A DNA stretch of 64,000 nucleotides from Rectinemataceae bacterium (GCA_035531315.1 DATKTD010000340.1:4731-68730), one strand, 5' to 3'. Shown: positions 18,319-26,923, counted from the first letter of the stretch. A program made the numbers and translations. Notes: generated by a model not told the origin, from the letters alone.

Positions 18319-20397
18319 GTGAAACCACGCAACTCCAGGCCCCGACAGGAGGCCGACGGAACGCGGGCAGAAAAGCCCGCGGATGAAGGCGCTCGCCTCC
18401 CCTTTTCCGATGACGCATCGTCACCGCTTCCGCGCTCCGCGGCACCCGGCAACGGCGATTCCGGCGAGGGGGGACAGGGCGGCCGCAGACGCCGCAGACG
18501 CAGACGCCATAGCGACGGCGGAGGCCAGGAACTCTTTCCCGAAGGCGCACAGGCGGAACGGCCCCCGGCACCCACCCAGCCGCAACAGGGCGGCGAGCCG
18601 ACGCAGGGGGAAAAGGCCGGTCGAAAGCGTCGGCGGAAACGCCATGATTCTGTCGAAGGCAAGGGCCAGGACCTAGGGCAAGGGCAAGGGCAAGGGCAAG
18701 GGCAGAGCAAGTACCAGGGACAAGGCCAGGGTCAAGACGTCCCCGGGACAGCCGCAAGACGAGGACCCCAGGATCCGTTCCGAAAAGGGGACCCCCGCCA
18801 GAAACGCCGCCTTGACGATGGCCACCGCGCGGGACCCCAGCCCGACTATCGCGGTAGACAGCAACGCCCCGGCCCCGAGGGACATCGCCGCCCCGAGGGC
18901 AATGACCGCGGCGACAGGGGAAGACCACAGCATTTCGCTCCGCCCCCGAGGCCGCCACGGATCGACGAGAGGGTCTCCGTCTTCGGCCAAGGCGAAGACG
19001 ACATCGAACTTCCCCCGGGCATAGCCGGCTTCGACGCCGAAGGAAGGCCCGTCTTCTCGAAACACGGGAGGCCGAGCGGCAAGAAACCCGTTTCGCCCGT
19101 GCGGACCCTCGAGTCCCTCTCGCCGGCGACGCCCAGCCTGGCCCTCCTCCAACGCCTTGATGAGGCCATCGACGAGGTGGCTCCCCTCCAGCCCAAACAC
19201 AAGGCCTCCCTGCGCGGCGATATCCGACAGCTCTGGGAAGACCTGACCTCCGATCGCGAACATCGCCCCGCCGACTACCTCGGGAACCCGGCTTCCCTCT
19301 CGGCCTATCTCCGCTACTTCCTCCCCTGGAATGTCTATCGCCTCTCGGCCATCCTCTCGAACGCGGACTTCTGCCTTCCCGACAAGGCGGTCATCGTCGA
19401 CATCGGCTCCGGGCCCCTCACCTTCATTATTGCGCTTTGGATCGCCCGCCCGGAACTCCGCGAGGTACCCCTCACGATCTATTGCCTCGACCGGGTCGAG
19501 CGCGTCATGGAGACGGGCCTCGCGATTTTCGAAACCCTCTGTCTCCGATCGGGATTCCCCGTCCCTCCCTGGAAGATAGATCTCCGCAAGGACGGCTTCG
19601 GCACGCCGGTACCCGAAAGGGCCCACCTCCTCGCCGCCGCCAACGTCTTCAACGAGTTCTTCTGGAAGGACAAGTCGAGCATTGGAGAGCGGGCCATCGA
19701 GATCGCGCGAAGCCTCCTCTCTTACCTCAGGCAGGACGGCAGCCTCTTCATCATGGAGCCGGGGGATCCCCGTTCGGGCGCCTTCATTTCCGCTTTGCGC
19801 GCCGGCCTGATCGCCGAGGGGGCGACCCCCCTCGGACCCTGTCCCCATGCCTACTCCTGCCCTTTCCCCGGCATCTTCAGGGGCTTGGCGCCCTTCGAAC
19901 AAAGGCCGCATCATCCCAAGGGCGATCCCAACGTCGCCCCCTCTCGATTTCATCTCCATCCGGTCGTCATGCCGAGGAAGCGCGATAAATTCCCCTGGTG
20001 CCATTTCGGCGTCGATACCGACAGGGCCCCAGCCTGGCTTCGCGAGCGATCGGAGGAGGCTGGGCTCCCCAAGGAACGGGCCGTGCTTTCGTATCTTTGG
20101 GCCGCCCGCGGGGTCCTCGCCCGCCCGGTCGCCGCCCCCATCGCCGATCATCAACCGAGCGAAAAGGAAAGACGCGCCAGGGCGATCAATCACGGCATCC
20201 TCGTGCGCGTGGTATCGGAACCCTTCGCCCTTCCCGACGGCTCCTTCGGCCAATACGGCTGCTCCAATCTCGGCTATTCGATGCTTCGTCGTCCCCACGA
20301 CGCGACGGCTTTCGAACCGGGCGACCTCCTCGAAGTCCAGGCCTCGCCGCTTCAGCGCAATGACGAAAAATCGGGTGCGGTAATCCTGCCCACTTGA
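18319..20397 (+). CDS. Rsm22-like SAM-dependent methyltransferase with ~260-aa basic, disordered N-terminal extension
   Basis: GTG start at 18319. The N-terminus is R/K/G/Q/P-rich (RRRRRRRRH, GQGQGQGQ). From about aa 265: LSAYLRYFLPWNVYRL, VIVDIGSGPLTF, NVFNEF, PCPHAYSCPF. There is no other in-frame ATG before the methyltransferase domain. Confidence 0.7.
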   Translation: MKPRNSRPRQEADGTRAEKPADEGARLPFSDDASSPLPRSAAPGNGDSGEGGQGGRRRRRRRRHSDGGGQELFPEGAQAERPPAPTQPQQGGEPTQGEKAGRKRRRKRHDSVEGKGQDLGQGQGQGQGQSKYQGQGQGQDVPGTAARRGPQDPFRKGDPRQKRRLDDGHRAGPQPDYRGRQQRPGPEGHRRPEGNDRGDRGRPQHFAPPPRPPRIDERVSVFGQGEDDIELPPGIAGFDAEGRPVFSKHGRPSGKKPVSPVRTLESLSPATPSLALLQRLDEAIDEVAPLQPKHKASLRGDIRQLWEDLTSDREHRPADYLGNPASLSAYLRYFLPWNVYRLSAILSNADFCLPDKAVIVDIGSGPLTFIIALWIARPELREVPLTIYCLDRVERVMETGLAIFETLCLRSGFPVPPWKIDLRKDGFGTPVPERAHLLAAANVFNEFFWKDKSSIGERAIEIARSLLSYLRQDGSLFIMEPGDPRSGAFISALRAGLIAEGATPLGPCPHAYSCPFPGIFRGLAPFEQRPHHPKGDPNVAPSRFHLHPVVMPRKRDKFPWCHFGVDTDRAPAWLRERSEEAGLPKERAVLSYLWAARGVLARPVAAPIADHQPSEKERRARAINHGILVRVVSEPFALPDGSFGQYGCSNLGYSMLRRPHDATAFEPGDLLEVQASPLQRNDEKSGAVILPT
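18676..18705 (+). repeat. hexanucleotide microsatellite (GGGCAA)4 GGGCAG inside the CDS
   Basis: gggcaagggcaagggcaagggcaagggcag encodes the (GQ)n run. Confidence 0.9.
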
Positions 20398-20422
20398 CAG
20401 TGAGGGCCTCCGTCAGCATAAT
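20394..20422 (+). promoter_or_regulatory. sigma-70-type promoter of the tRNA-Asp/tRNA-Pro pair
   Basis: TTGACA (20394-20399, containing the stop codon of the upstream gene), a 17-nt spacer, then CATAAT (20417-20422). The tRNA starts at 20445. Confidence 0.65.
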
Positions 20423-20444
20423 CCCTCTTCGTCGGTAACGACAC

Positions 20445-20519
20445 GGGGGCGTGGCGAAGCTGGTTTATCGCGCCGGCCTGTCAAGCCGGAGATCGCGGGT
20501 TCAAGCCCCGTCGCTCCCG
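20445..20519 (+). tRNA. tRNA-Asp (anticodon GUC)
   Basis: Hand-folded cloverleaf. Acceptor GGGGGCG/CGCTCCC (one G-U pair), D stem GCGA/TCGC, anticodon stem CCGGC/GCCGG with loop CTGTCAA, T arm GCGGG-TTCAAGC-CCCGT. No encoded CCA. Confidence 0.85.
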
Positions 20520-20521
20520 TA

Positions 20522-20549
20522 GCCCCGTCCTTCGACGGGGCTTTTTTTT
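20522..20549 (+). terminator. intrinsic-terminator-like hairpin between the two tRNA genes
   Basis: GCCCCGTC-CTTC-GACGGGGC followed by T8. The T-tract abuts base 1 of tRNA-Pro. Confidence 0.7.
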
Positions 20550-20622
20550 CGGGCTGTAGCGCAGGGGCTAGCGCGCTTGGTTCGGGACCAAGAGATCGAC
20601 GGTTCAAATCCGTCCAGCCCGA
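20550..20622 (+). tRNA. tRNA-Pro (anticodon CGG)
   Basis: Acceptor CGGGCTG/CAGCCCG, D stem GCGC/GCGC, anticodon stem CTTGG/CCAAG with loop TTCGGGA, T arm GACGG-TTCAAAT-CCGTC, discriminator A. Confidence 0.88.
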
Positions 20623-20627
20623 CTTTG

Positions 20628-20662
20628 AAAAAGAGCCATCCGCGAGGATGGCTCTTTTTTTT
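20628..20662. terminator. bidirectional intrinsic terminator (tRNA-Pro / dnaE2)
   Basis: A5-GAGCCATCC-GCGA-GGATGGCTC-T8. The T-run on the plus strand and the A-run (T-run on the minus strand) flank a 9-bp stem. The dnaE2 stop codon at 20662-20664 abuts it. Confidence 0.85.
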
Positions 20663-23622
20663 CAAGGATCGGACGGATTTGGGCTCGGCGTGGCCCTCGC
20701 CTTCTCGATACTCGAGATAGTGACCGTGATCGCCCCACGATCGTCTTCAACTAGTCCCCTGATGACGAGTGGCCGCTGTTCGAACAGAAGGTGCCGATAG
20801 AGCTCATACTCCTCGGGGAAGAGGGTCGTCTCGTAGAGCGCAGTCTCGTCCTCGAAGGAGAGGAACTCCATTGTCTCATCCTCGGAGGTCAGAACAGATT
20901 TTGCCGTTATCGGCCATCCGACGAGCTCGACTCGCCGACCTACGAGGGCGGGGATATCCTTGCCGAGCACCCTTGTCTTCGATACCAATAGGCCCGGCCA
21001 TAGCTCAAGGGGATGGACTTCCAGGGTCGTCCCCAAGTAGCGCATATCGGACTCGAGTTGCTTTCTTGCCGATTCGCGTTTCCGCTTCCGAAGCGGCACT
21101 ACCGGGCCATCGGCCTCGAAGAGTTCGCCTTGCTTATCGCTATGCCTTTCGCTGACCGCTTGGACCGAGAGTAGGCGCATGAGCTTGGCTGCGCTCGACA
21201 GTTCGCTCGAAACCGAGTCTACCGCGCCGGAACCGACAAGAGCTTCGGCGTCGTCTCGGCCGGGCCCTACCCGTCTCGCGAAGTCGTCGATTGAGACATA
21301 GCTGCCGCCACGCCTCCGCTCCTCGACGATCCTCTTCACGGTCGCTGAGTTGAGGGAGCCGATCATCTCGAGACCGAAGCGAATGGTCCTCCCCTTCCCT
21401 CTACACCGAAAATCGCTGTCGTTAATGTCTGGAGACAGCAGATTGAGTCCCATCCTGCGCGATTCGCTCGCATAGGCCAAAGTCGAGTAGAAGCCGCCGT
21501 GGTTCGACATAACCGCCGCCATGAACTCGGCCGGGTGATGCCTCCGAAGGTAAGCCGACTTGAAGGAGAGCATCGCGTAGCTCGCGCTATGCGCCTTGAC
21601 GAAGGAGTAACCGGAGAACGACTCGATCATGGCCCAGACATCGGCAACAGTCTTCTCGTCGACGCCTTTTGCCTTGGCTCCAGCGAAGAACTTTGCGCGA
21701 TACGTCTCGAGCCTGATCTTCACGTCTTTCTTCGAGAGGACCTTCCTGATGCCGTCCGCCTCGGCGGCCGTGAAGTCCGCCAAGGCCACGGCAGCTTTGC
21801 AGGTATCCTCCTGGTAGCACATGATCCCGTAGCTCTCGTCGAAGAGCCCAACGAGGAGGGGGTGGAGCGGAGGATACTTCTTCCCACGTAGCCTATCGAC
21901 GTACTCGTTGATGTACTTGTTGGCCGCGGGCCTGATGATCGACGAGTGGATCACGAGGTGCTCGAAGTCCCCGGCCTTCGTCTTCTTCTGCAGGAGGCGC
22001 ATCGCGGGCGACTCGACATAGAAGACGCCCATGGTGTCGCCCCGCGCTATCAGCTCTACGGTTTCGGGATCGTCTATGGGCATCCACGCCGTTTCGTCGA
22101 TCTCTGTTCCATTCTCTCGAAGGTTGGCGAGGGCGTCGCGGACTACCGCCAGGGAGCGATTGCCGAGAAGGTCGATCTTCACGAGCCCCGCGTCTTCGAC
22201 TCCTTCCTTGTCCCATGCCGTTACTCGGATACCCGTGCCCGTCCTCTCGAGCGGCACGTGACTCGACAGCTCATCCGGCACGATGATGACGCCGCCCGAG
22301 TGAACCCCCAGATGGCGAGGGAAGCCGACTATCCTGTGCGCGAGGCTCGCGATCTCCTTCCAGATCTCGTCGACATCGCCCATCGCCTTTTCCGCGTCGA
22401 TAGTCGTCGAGCGCTCGAAGGCTCCTATCTCACCGTCGGGCATTCCGTAGGCATGGGCGGCTTCCCTGAGCGCCGACCGCGACTGGAAGCAGACATGGTT
22501 GGCCACTCGCGAGGCCCGCGTCTCGCCATACTGGGCTATCACCTTGGCGAGCAGCTCATCGCGCTCGTCCCAGGCAAAGTCCACGTCTATATCCGGCGGG
22601 TCCTTCCGGCCGGGGTTGAGGAAGCGCTCGAAGTAGAGGCTATGTCGGATGGGGTCCACGTCCGTGATCCCGAGGCAGTAGGAGACGATGCTCGCGGCGG
22701 CGCTGCCCCTCCCGCATGTTCTCGACGCCTTCCGCGCGATCTCCCTAACGACGAGAAAGTAATCGGCGAAACGCTTCTCGTCGATGACCCCGAGTTCGTA
22801 CTCGACACGCTTTCGGATAGGCTCGGTGAGTTCCCCATAGCGCCGTCGCGCTCCCTCATAGACCAGCTCGCGCAGCATGGCCGTCGAGCCGCCATTCGTT
22901 TCAGCCGGACCAAAGGCCGGGAAGACGAATCCGCCGAAAAGGCTAGTCTTCACAACGCGTTCGACGAGGGCCTCGTTCTCCTCGAGGGCCTCGGGTAAGT
23001 CGGCATAGATCTTTAACAGGGTATCCGGGCTTGGCAGCAAAGACGAGTCGCTCGCGAGCTCCTCCTCGCGGACCTCCGATACGGTCTTCTTCTTTCCTAT
23101 GGCGACGAGGAGCCGCTGCAAGGACCTATCTTCCGGAACCAGGAAGCGGACCTCTCCCGTCGCCATGCAGGGCGAGCCCCTTGCCTTGAGACGCCGCCAT
23201 GAGGCTTTGTCGACGGAGGAAGCGAGCGCATAGAGTCCGCCGCGCCCCTGGCCCGTTTCTAGAAGCGCGATGTCGTCGGTGATTACCGCAAGGCCATCCA
23301 GGTCGGCGAGGATGGCCGCTCGGGCGTCGAAGGCTCCCGCCGCGCGCTCGGTGAGAAGGCGCGTTATGCGCGAGAATCCCCGATCGTTCTCCGCGATGAG
23401 GACGGCCCGTCCGCCCTCGTAGACGAGCTCCGTTCCGAGAATCGGCTTCAGGCCCGCGCTGTCGCAGGCCTCTATGAAGGTCGGCAGTCCATGGACGCCG
23501 TTACGGTCAGTCAGGGCGATGGCGCCATACCCCAGCTCCCTCGCCCGTTTGGCGAGGTCGGCGGGTGGGATCACGCCATAGTGGAAGGAGTAGGTCGAGG
23601 ACACGAGGAGCGGCGCGATCAT
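20662..23622 (-). CDS. dnaE2: error-prone DNA polymerase III alpha-like subunit DnaE2 (ImuC)
   Basis: 986 aa. PHP N-terminus: MIAPLLVSSTYSFHYGVIPPADLAKRARELGYGAIALTDRNGVHG. Pol III alpha core: GRGSAAASIVSYCLGITDVDP, PPDIDVDF, FSGYSFVKAHSASYA. Its ATG overlaps the imuB stop (ATGA). Confidence 0.92.
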   Translation of the reverse strand: MIAPLLVSSTYSFHYGVIPPADLAKRARELGYGAIALTDRNGVHGLPTFIEACDSAGLKPILGTELVYEGGRAVLIAENDRGFSRITRLLTERAAGAFDARAAILADLDGLAVITDDIALLETGQGRGGLYALASSVDKASWRRLKARGSPCMATGEVRFLVPEDRSLQRLLVAIGKKKTVSEVREEELASDSSLLPSPDTLLKIYADLPEALEENEALVERVVKTSLFGGFVFPAFGPAETNGGSTAMLRELVYEGARRRYGELTEPIRKRVEYELGVIDEKRFADYFLVVREIARKASRTCGRGSAAASIVSYCLGITDVDPIRHSLYFERFLNPGRKDPPDIDVDFAWDERDELLAKVIAQYGETRASRVANHVCFQSRSALREAAHAYGMPDGEIGAFERSTTIDAEKAMGDVDEIWKEIASLAHRIVGFPRHLGVHSGGVIIVPDELSSHVPLERTGTGIRVTAWDKEGVEDAGLVKIDLLGNRSLAVVRDALANLRENGTEIDETAWMPIDDPETVELIARGDTMGVFYVESPAMRLLQKKTKAGDFEHLVIHSSIIRPAANKYINEYVDRLRGKKYPPLHPLLVGLFDESYGIMCYQEDTCKAAVALADFTAAEADGIRKVLSKKDVKIRLETYRAKFFAGAKAKGVDEKTVADVWAMIESFSGYSFVKAHSASYAMLSFKSAYLRRHHPAEFMAAVMSNHGGFYSTLAYASESRRMGLNLLSPDINDSDFRCRGKGRTIRFGLEMIGSLNSATVKRIVEERRRGGSYVSIDDFARRVGPGRDDAEALVGSGAVDSVSSELSSAAKLMRLLSVQAVSERHSDKQGELFEADGPVVPLRKRKRESARKQLESDMRYLGTTLEVHPLELWPGLLVSKTRVLGKDIPALVGRRVELVGWPITAKSVLTSEDETMEFLSFEDETALYETTLFPEEYELYRHLLFEQRPLVIRGLVEDDRGAITVTISSIEKARATPSPNPSDP

Positions 23623-24944
23623 GACGAATTACCAGACCCTTCGATCGTAGTGCGACACGCGAGGTGTGTCGTGAAATTGAGGTGGGCCTTCGTGTAGCGG
23701 CTCCCAGCTTGACGAATCGCCGGCCGCGATTCGTCAAGCTGGCCAATGCGTATGTCGTGCAACTTTCGAAAGCCGCTATTGTCCTTCACCGTAAAAGTGG
23801 CGCAGGACTCTATCGCGTCGAGCCCGAAGCGGCCATGTATCTTGTCCAGGGCGTTTTGGAGCTTCGATAGCCTCGCGTCTCTAGGCTCGAAGAGATCGAG
23901 CTCAGGTCCGGCGGACTCTATCTCCGAAAGTCGGAGCCCGAGCCGCCTGATCCTCACGCGGCGCTTGCGCGCGGCTTCAAGCGCCGTCTTGGCTATCGCG
24001 GCCAGCTCATCGTCCCTTGCGACAACTCGCGCGATCCTCGCCCTCCCGTAGCTTCGCATCCCGTCGGTGTACCCCAGCTCGACGGAAGCCTGCCTCGCTC
24101 CCCGGCCTTCCTTACGCAACGCGAACCCCAGTTCCGCGACGAGGCCTTGGAGTCGCAGCCTCAGGACTTCCGGGTCGGTCGTGTCGGGCTCGAAGACGAG
24201 GTCGCCGGCGACCGCTCGCCGTTCGGGAGGCTCCGGGTCCACAGGCGATGTATCTACTCCCCGCGCCCTCGTCACAAGCTCGGGGCCTCGGGATCCTATC
24301 GCCCGCGCCTCGCGCTCGGATAGGTCCGCTAGGTCGCCTATCTCGTCGATATCCAACAGGCCGAAGCGCCCCAGCAGCGCGGGACCTACTCCGGGCAGGA
24401 GCCCGACGGGCTGCATGCGTATGAGTCCGCCCTCTTCGTTCGGCGAGAGAGCCACGAATCCGGCGGGGCGGAAGACCCGCGTCGCGACCTTGCTCACGGT
24501 CTTGTTCGTCGAGAGCGCGATGCTCGGCGACAAGCCCGTCTCTTCCCTGATGTCTCTCCGGAGCCTCTGCGCCGCATCCTCGGGAACGCCGAAGAGCCGA
24601 GTAGTGCCGCGGAGATCGATGAATAGGTGCCCTCGTCCCGCGCGCTCCACGATGGGCGTGTACTCGAGGCCGATGCGCCAGAGCCTCTCTTCGGCAGCGG
24701 TGTAGAGCTCGGGGCGCGGGGCCTTGACCTCGAGATCCCTACACAGGTTTCGCGCGAGCGAGAGAACCATGCCGCGACGCAGGCCCTCGCGATGCGCCTG
24801 GGGCGATAGATCGAGAACTACCGAGCGCGGCGCGTCCATGTTCGCCACGACGAAGGGCCGGCCGCGAAGCGACCTGTCGAGCCCTTCTTCGAGCGCGGCC
24901 ATGATGCCGACGGCATTGACGTGGAGGATCGTTCCCGACGACAT
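23619..24944 (-). CDS. imuB: ImuB-like Y-family polymerase homologue (catalytic acidic residues apparently missing)
   Basis: N-terminus ILHVNAVGIMAALEE, where active DinB-type enzymes have hVDhDAFFASVE. Also RGRPFVVAN, YTPIVERAG...LFIDLRGTTRLFG, LPGVGPALLGRFGLLDIDEIGDL. Translationally coupled to dnaE2. Confidence 0.85.
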   Translation of the reverse strand: MSSGTILHVNAVGIMAALEEGLDRSLRGRPFVVANMDAPRSVVLDLSPQAHREGLRRGMVLSLARNLCRDLEVKAPRPELYTAAEERLWRIGLEYTPIVERAGRGHLFIDLRGTTRLFGVPEDAAQRLRRDIREETGLSPSIALSTNKTVSKVATRVFRPAGFVALSPNEEGGLIRMQPVGLLPGVGPALLGRFGLLDIDEIGDLADLSEREARAIGSRGPELVTRARGVDTSPVDPEPPERRAVAGDLVFEPDTTDPEVLRLRLQGLVAELGFALRKEGRGARQASVELGYTDGMRSYGRARIARVVARDDELAAIAKTALEAARKRRVRIRRLGLRLSEIESAGPELDLFEPRDARLSKLQNALDKIHGRFGLDAIESCATFTVKDNSGFRKLHDIRIGQLDESRPAIRQAGSRYTKAHLNFTTHLACRTTIEGSGNSS

Positions 24945-24953
24945 CGGCCGATC

Positions 24954-25763
24954 CTAGATGAGCTTCGCGCCCGTCGCGAGGGCCACGAGTTCTTTCGCGT
25001 TTGTGGGCGCGGCGCCGTGCCTATGGTTGTTGAAGAAGACACGCAGCTTCTTCGCCTGCGTGCTCATGGCCTCGAGCCGAGGCACCCAGGCCGAAAGCTC
25101 GTCTTTCGAGTAAAGATACTCGTAGCGCGAGCCTGCGTCGCCGTTCCACCATGTCGCCTCGTTGCGGCCATGGAAGCGGACATAGGCGATATCGGAGGTG
25201 ACGAGATCGGAGAGAGGGGGTAGACCCTCGAGCCGCGGGACATCGACGGAGCAGAGCCCGACCCTTCGTTCCTTGAGTCCGTCGATCACCCTGGCGTTGA
25301 ACCAGTCGGCGCCACGGAACTCCACGACCAAGGGAAACGAGGATAAGGCCTTCAAGACCTTGTCGAGATACCGCCGCTCTTCGTCATTGTAGTGGAAGGA
25401 ATAAGGGAACTCGAGGAGAACGGCGCATAGCCGCCCTGATTCCTGGAGGGGAACGACCCCCCTCGAGAACTCCGCTACACTATCTCGCCAGGTCGCGGGA
25501 TCGATCTTGTGGGTGAGGGTCTTGTTGGCCTTGATCGCGAAGTCGATAGGCTTTCGCGTTTGACCGAGGAGTTTACGGATGTTTTCGGCCTTCGGCATTC
25601 CGTAGTAGCTGAAGTTGAGCTCGACCGAGCCAAATGCCTGGCTGTATGACCCCAGATACTCCCTCCGACCGATACCCTTGAGGTAGAGAACACCCTCCCA
25701 TTCGGGATAGTCGTAGCCCGATGTTCCGATGCGGATATCGGGCAGGCCTTCCGGATCAACCAT
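24954..25763 (-). CDS. DUF72 (YecE-like) family protein, first gene of the imuB-dnaE2 operon
   Basis: IRIGTSGYDYPEWEGVLY, VELNFSYYGMP, FAIKANKTLTHK, VEFRGADWF, VRFHGRN. The stop lies 9 nt before the imuB ATG. Confidence 0.85.
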   Translation of the reverse strand: MVDPEGLPDIRIGTSGYDYPEWEGVLYLKGIGRREYLGSYSQAFGSVELNFSYYGMPKAENIRKLLGQTRKPIDFAIKANKTLTHKIDPATWRDSVAEFSRGVVPLQESGRLCAVLLEFPYSFHYNDEERRYLDKVLKALSSFPLVVEFRGADWFNARVIDGLKERRVGLCSVDVPRLEGLPPLSDLVTSDIAYVRFHGRNEATWWNGDAGSRYEYLYSKDELSAWVPRLEAMSTQAKKLRVFFNNHRHGAAPTNAKELVALATGAKLI

Positions 25764-25768
25764 ACCAT

Positions 25769-25797
25769 ATTTTACTATACACCTGTATAGTCTTCAA
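25769..25797 (-). promoter_or_regulatory. promoter with an embedded perfect 18-bp palindromic operator; the predicted transcript is leaderless
   Basis: Minus strand: TTGAAG (25797-25792), a 17-nt spacer, TAAAAT (25774-25769), then atggt and ATG (25763). The spacer is essentially the palindrome ACTATACA-CC-TGTATAGT (25774-25791). Confidence 0.55.
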
Positions 25798-25864
25798 GGG
25801 CCGCGGGAGAAGCTAGGCACGATCCCCTTGTCTTCGCCTACAATGGCTTAGGGAGATACAAGCC

Positions 25865-26887
25865 ATGAATTCGATTCGCAGATCCGCCCTCGCGCTCATG
25901 CTGATATTCGCCTGCTTCTTCGCGGCCGACCTGGCTGCCCAAGGTTTCAAGCTGCCCGGGGTCACTCTGCCCGCCGCCGCCCCGCTTCCCACCGCCGAAA
26001 TCACCGGCTTCCAGCTCAAGGCCATCAGCCTCCGCGATGTCACCTTTCGCTTCGAGCTTACCGTCAAAAACCCCTACCCCGTTCAGCTGTCTTTTTCGGG
26101 CATGGACATGAATTTCTCGGTCGAGGGCCAGAGGGTCTTCTCCGCGAAGAGCCAGGGAGGTTTCGCGGTTCCTGCCGGCAATACGAAGACCAATAGCTTC
26201 GACGTAACCCTGACCTACGACAGCATCATCGCCCTGGTCAAGAATTATGTGGACAAGGACTGGCTCGACACCACCATCGACGGCCAGCTCACCATTCCCC
26301 TGCCGAGGATCGCCGCCTTCCCCACCCTGCCACCCGACGTCAGTTTCAGTTATAAACTCGACAAGAAGATCCCGGCCATCAAGCCCAAGGTCGAAATCCT
26401 GAATTTCACCGTCAAGGCGCCCAGCGCCGCCGAGGTTTCAAAGGGGCTGGCCAGTGCCGCCTCGAAGGCCAAGCCCGAGGCCGTGGCCAACTTCTTCGGC
26501 GCCCTCGCGGCCGGCAAAAAGCCCGAGGTGGCCCCCATCAAGCCGACGGACATCGACGTGCCCTTCACTGTGGGCTTTACCCTGGCCATCCAGAACGAAG
26601 CCAAGGCTCCCCTCGGTTTCGACAGCATGGACTACAGCCTGACCATCGGAGGCAATGACCTCCTTCAGGGCGGCAGCAGCCAGGTCCGCAGTGTCGGCAA
26701 CCTCACCATGGTCACCATCGAATCGACCTTCAGTTCGCGAAAGCTCGCCCAGGCGGTCATCGATGTCTTCTCGGCGAGGAAGGGAAGTTTCCGCGTCGTC
26801 GGCAAGGCGAGCCTCGTGCTGCCCAAGGAAGTCAGCGCCAGCCCCCTCCCCCTGAGCTTCGACGAATCCGGGAATTTCTCCATGTAG
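25865..26887 (+). CDS. secreted LEA-2 / WHy-domain protein (two repeats)
   Basis: Signal peptide MNSIRRSALALMLIFACFFAADLAAQG. Repeats: FELTVKNPYPVQLSFSGMDMNFSVEGQRVF and FTLAIQNEAKAPLGFDSMDYSLTIGGNDL. Confidence 0.6.
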   Translation: MNSIRRSALALMLIFACFFAADLAAQGFKLPGVTLPAAAPLPTAEITGFQLKAISLRDVTFRFELTVKNPYPVQLSFSGMDMNFSVEGQRVFSAKSQGGFAVPAGNTKTNSFDVTLTYDSIIALVKNYVDKDWLDTTIDGQLTIPLPRIAAFPTLPPDVSFSYKLDKKIPAIKPKVEILNFTVKAPSAAEVSKGLASAASKAKPEAVANFFGALAAGKKPEVAPIKPTDIDVPFTVGFTLAIQNEAKAPLGFDSMDYSLTIGGNDLLQGGSSQVRSVGNLTMVTIESTFSSRKLAQAVIDVFSARKGSFRVVGKASLVLPKEVSASPLPLSFDESGNFSM

Positions 26888-26923
26888 AGTAGCGGCTTCG
26901 CGATGGGAAGGCGGCCGGGACGT

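Noticed and set aside
18676-18705. Short tandem repeats considered as CRISPR-like arrays ((GGGCAA)n here, A/P/Q-codon repeats at 12880-13200, 15-nt tandem at 41172-41201)
   Set aside because: The units are 6-15 nt with no spacers. They are either in-frame coding microsatellites or terminator hairpins. No CRISPR repeat-spacer structure or cas genes occur in the window.
20623-26890. Possible tRNA-Pro-associated genomic island (dnaE2-imuB-DUF72-LEA2), with seemingly lower GC in places
   Set aside because: No integrase, recombinase or transposase gene is present, and I could not find a direct repeat of the tRNA-Pro 3' end at the far side. GC was judged only by eye, so this is not supportable as a mobile element.
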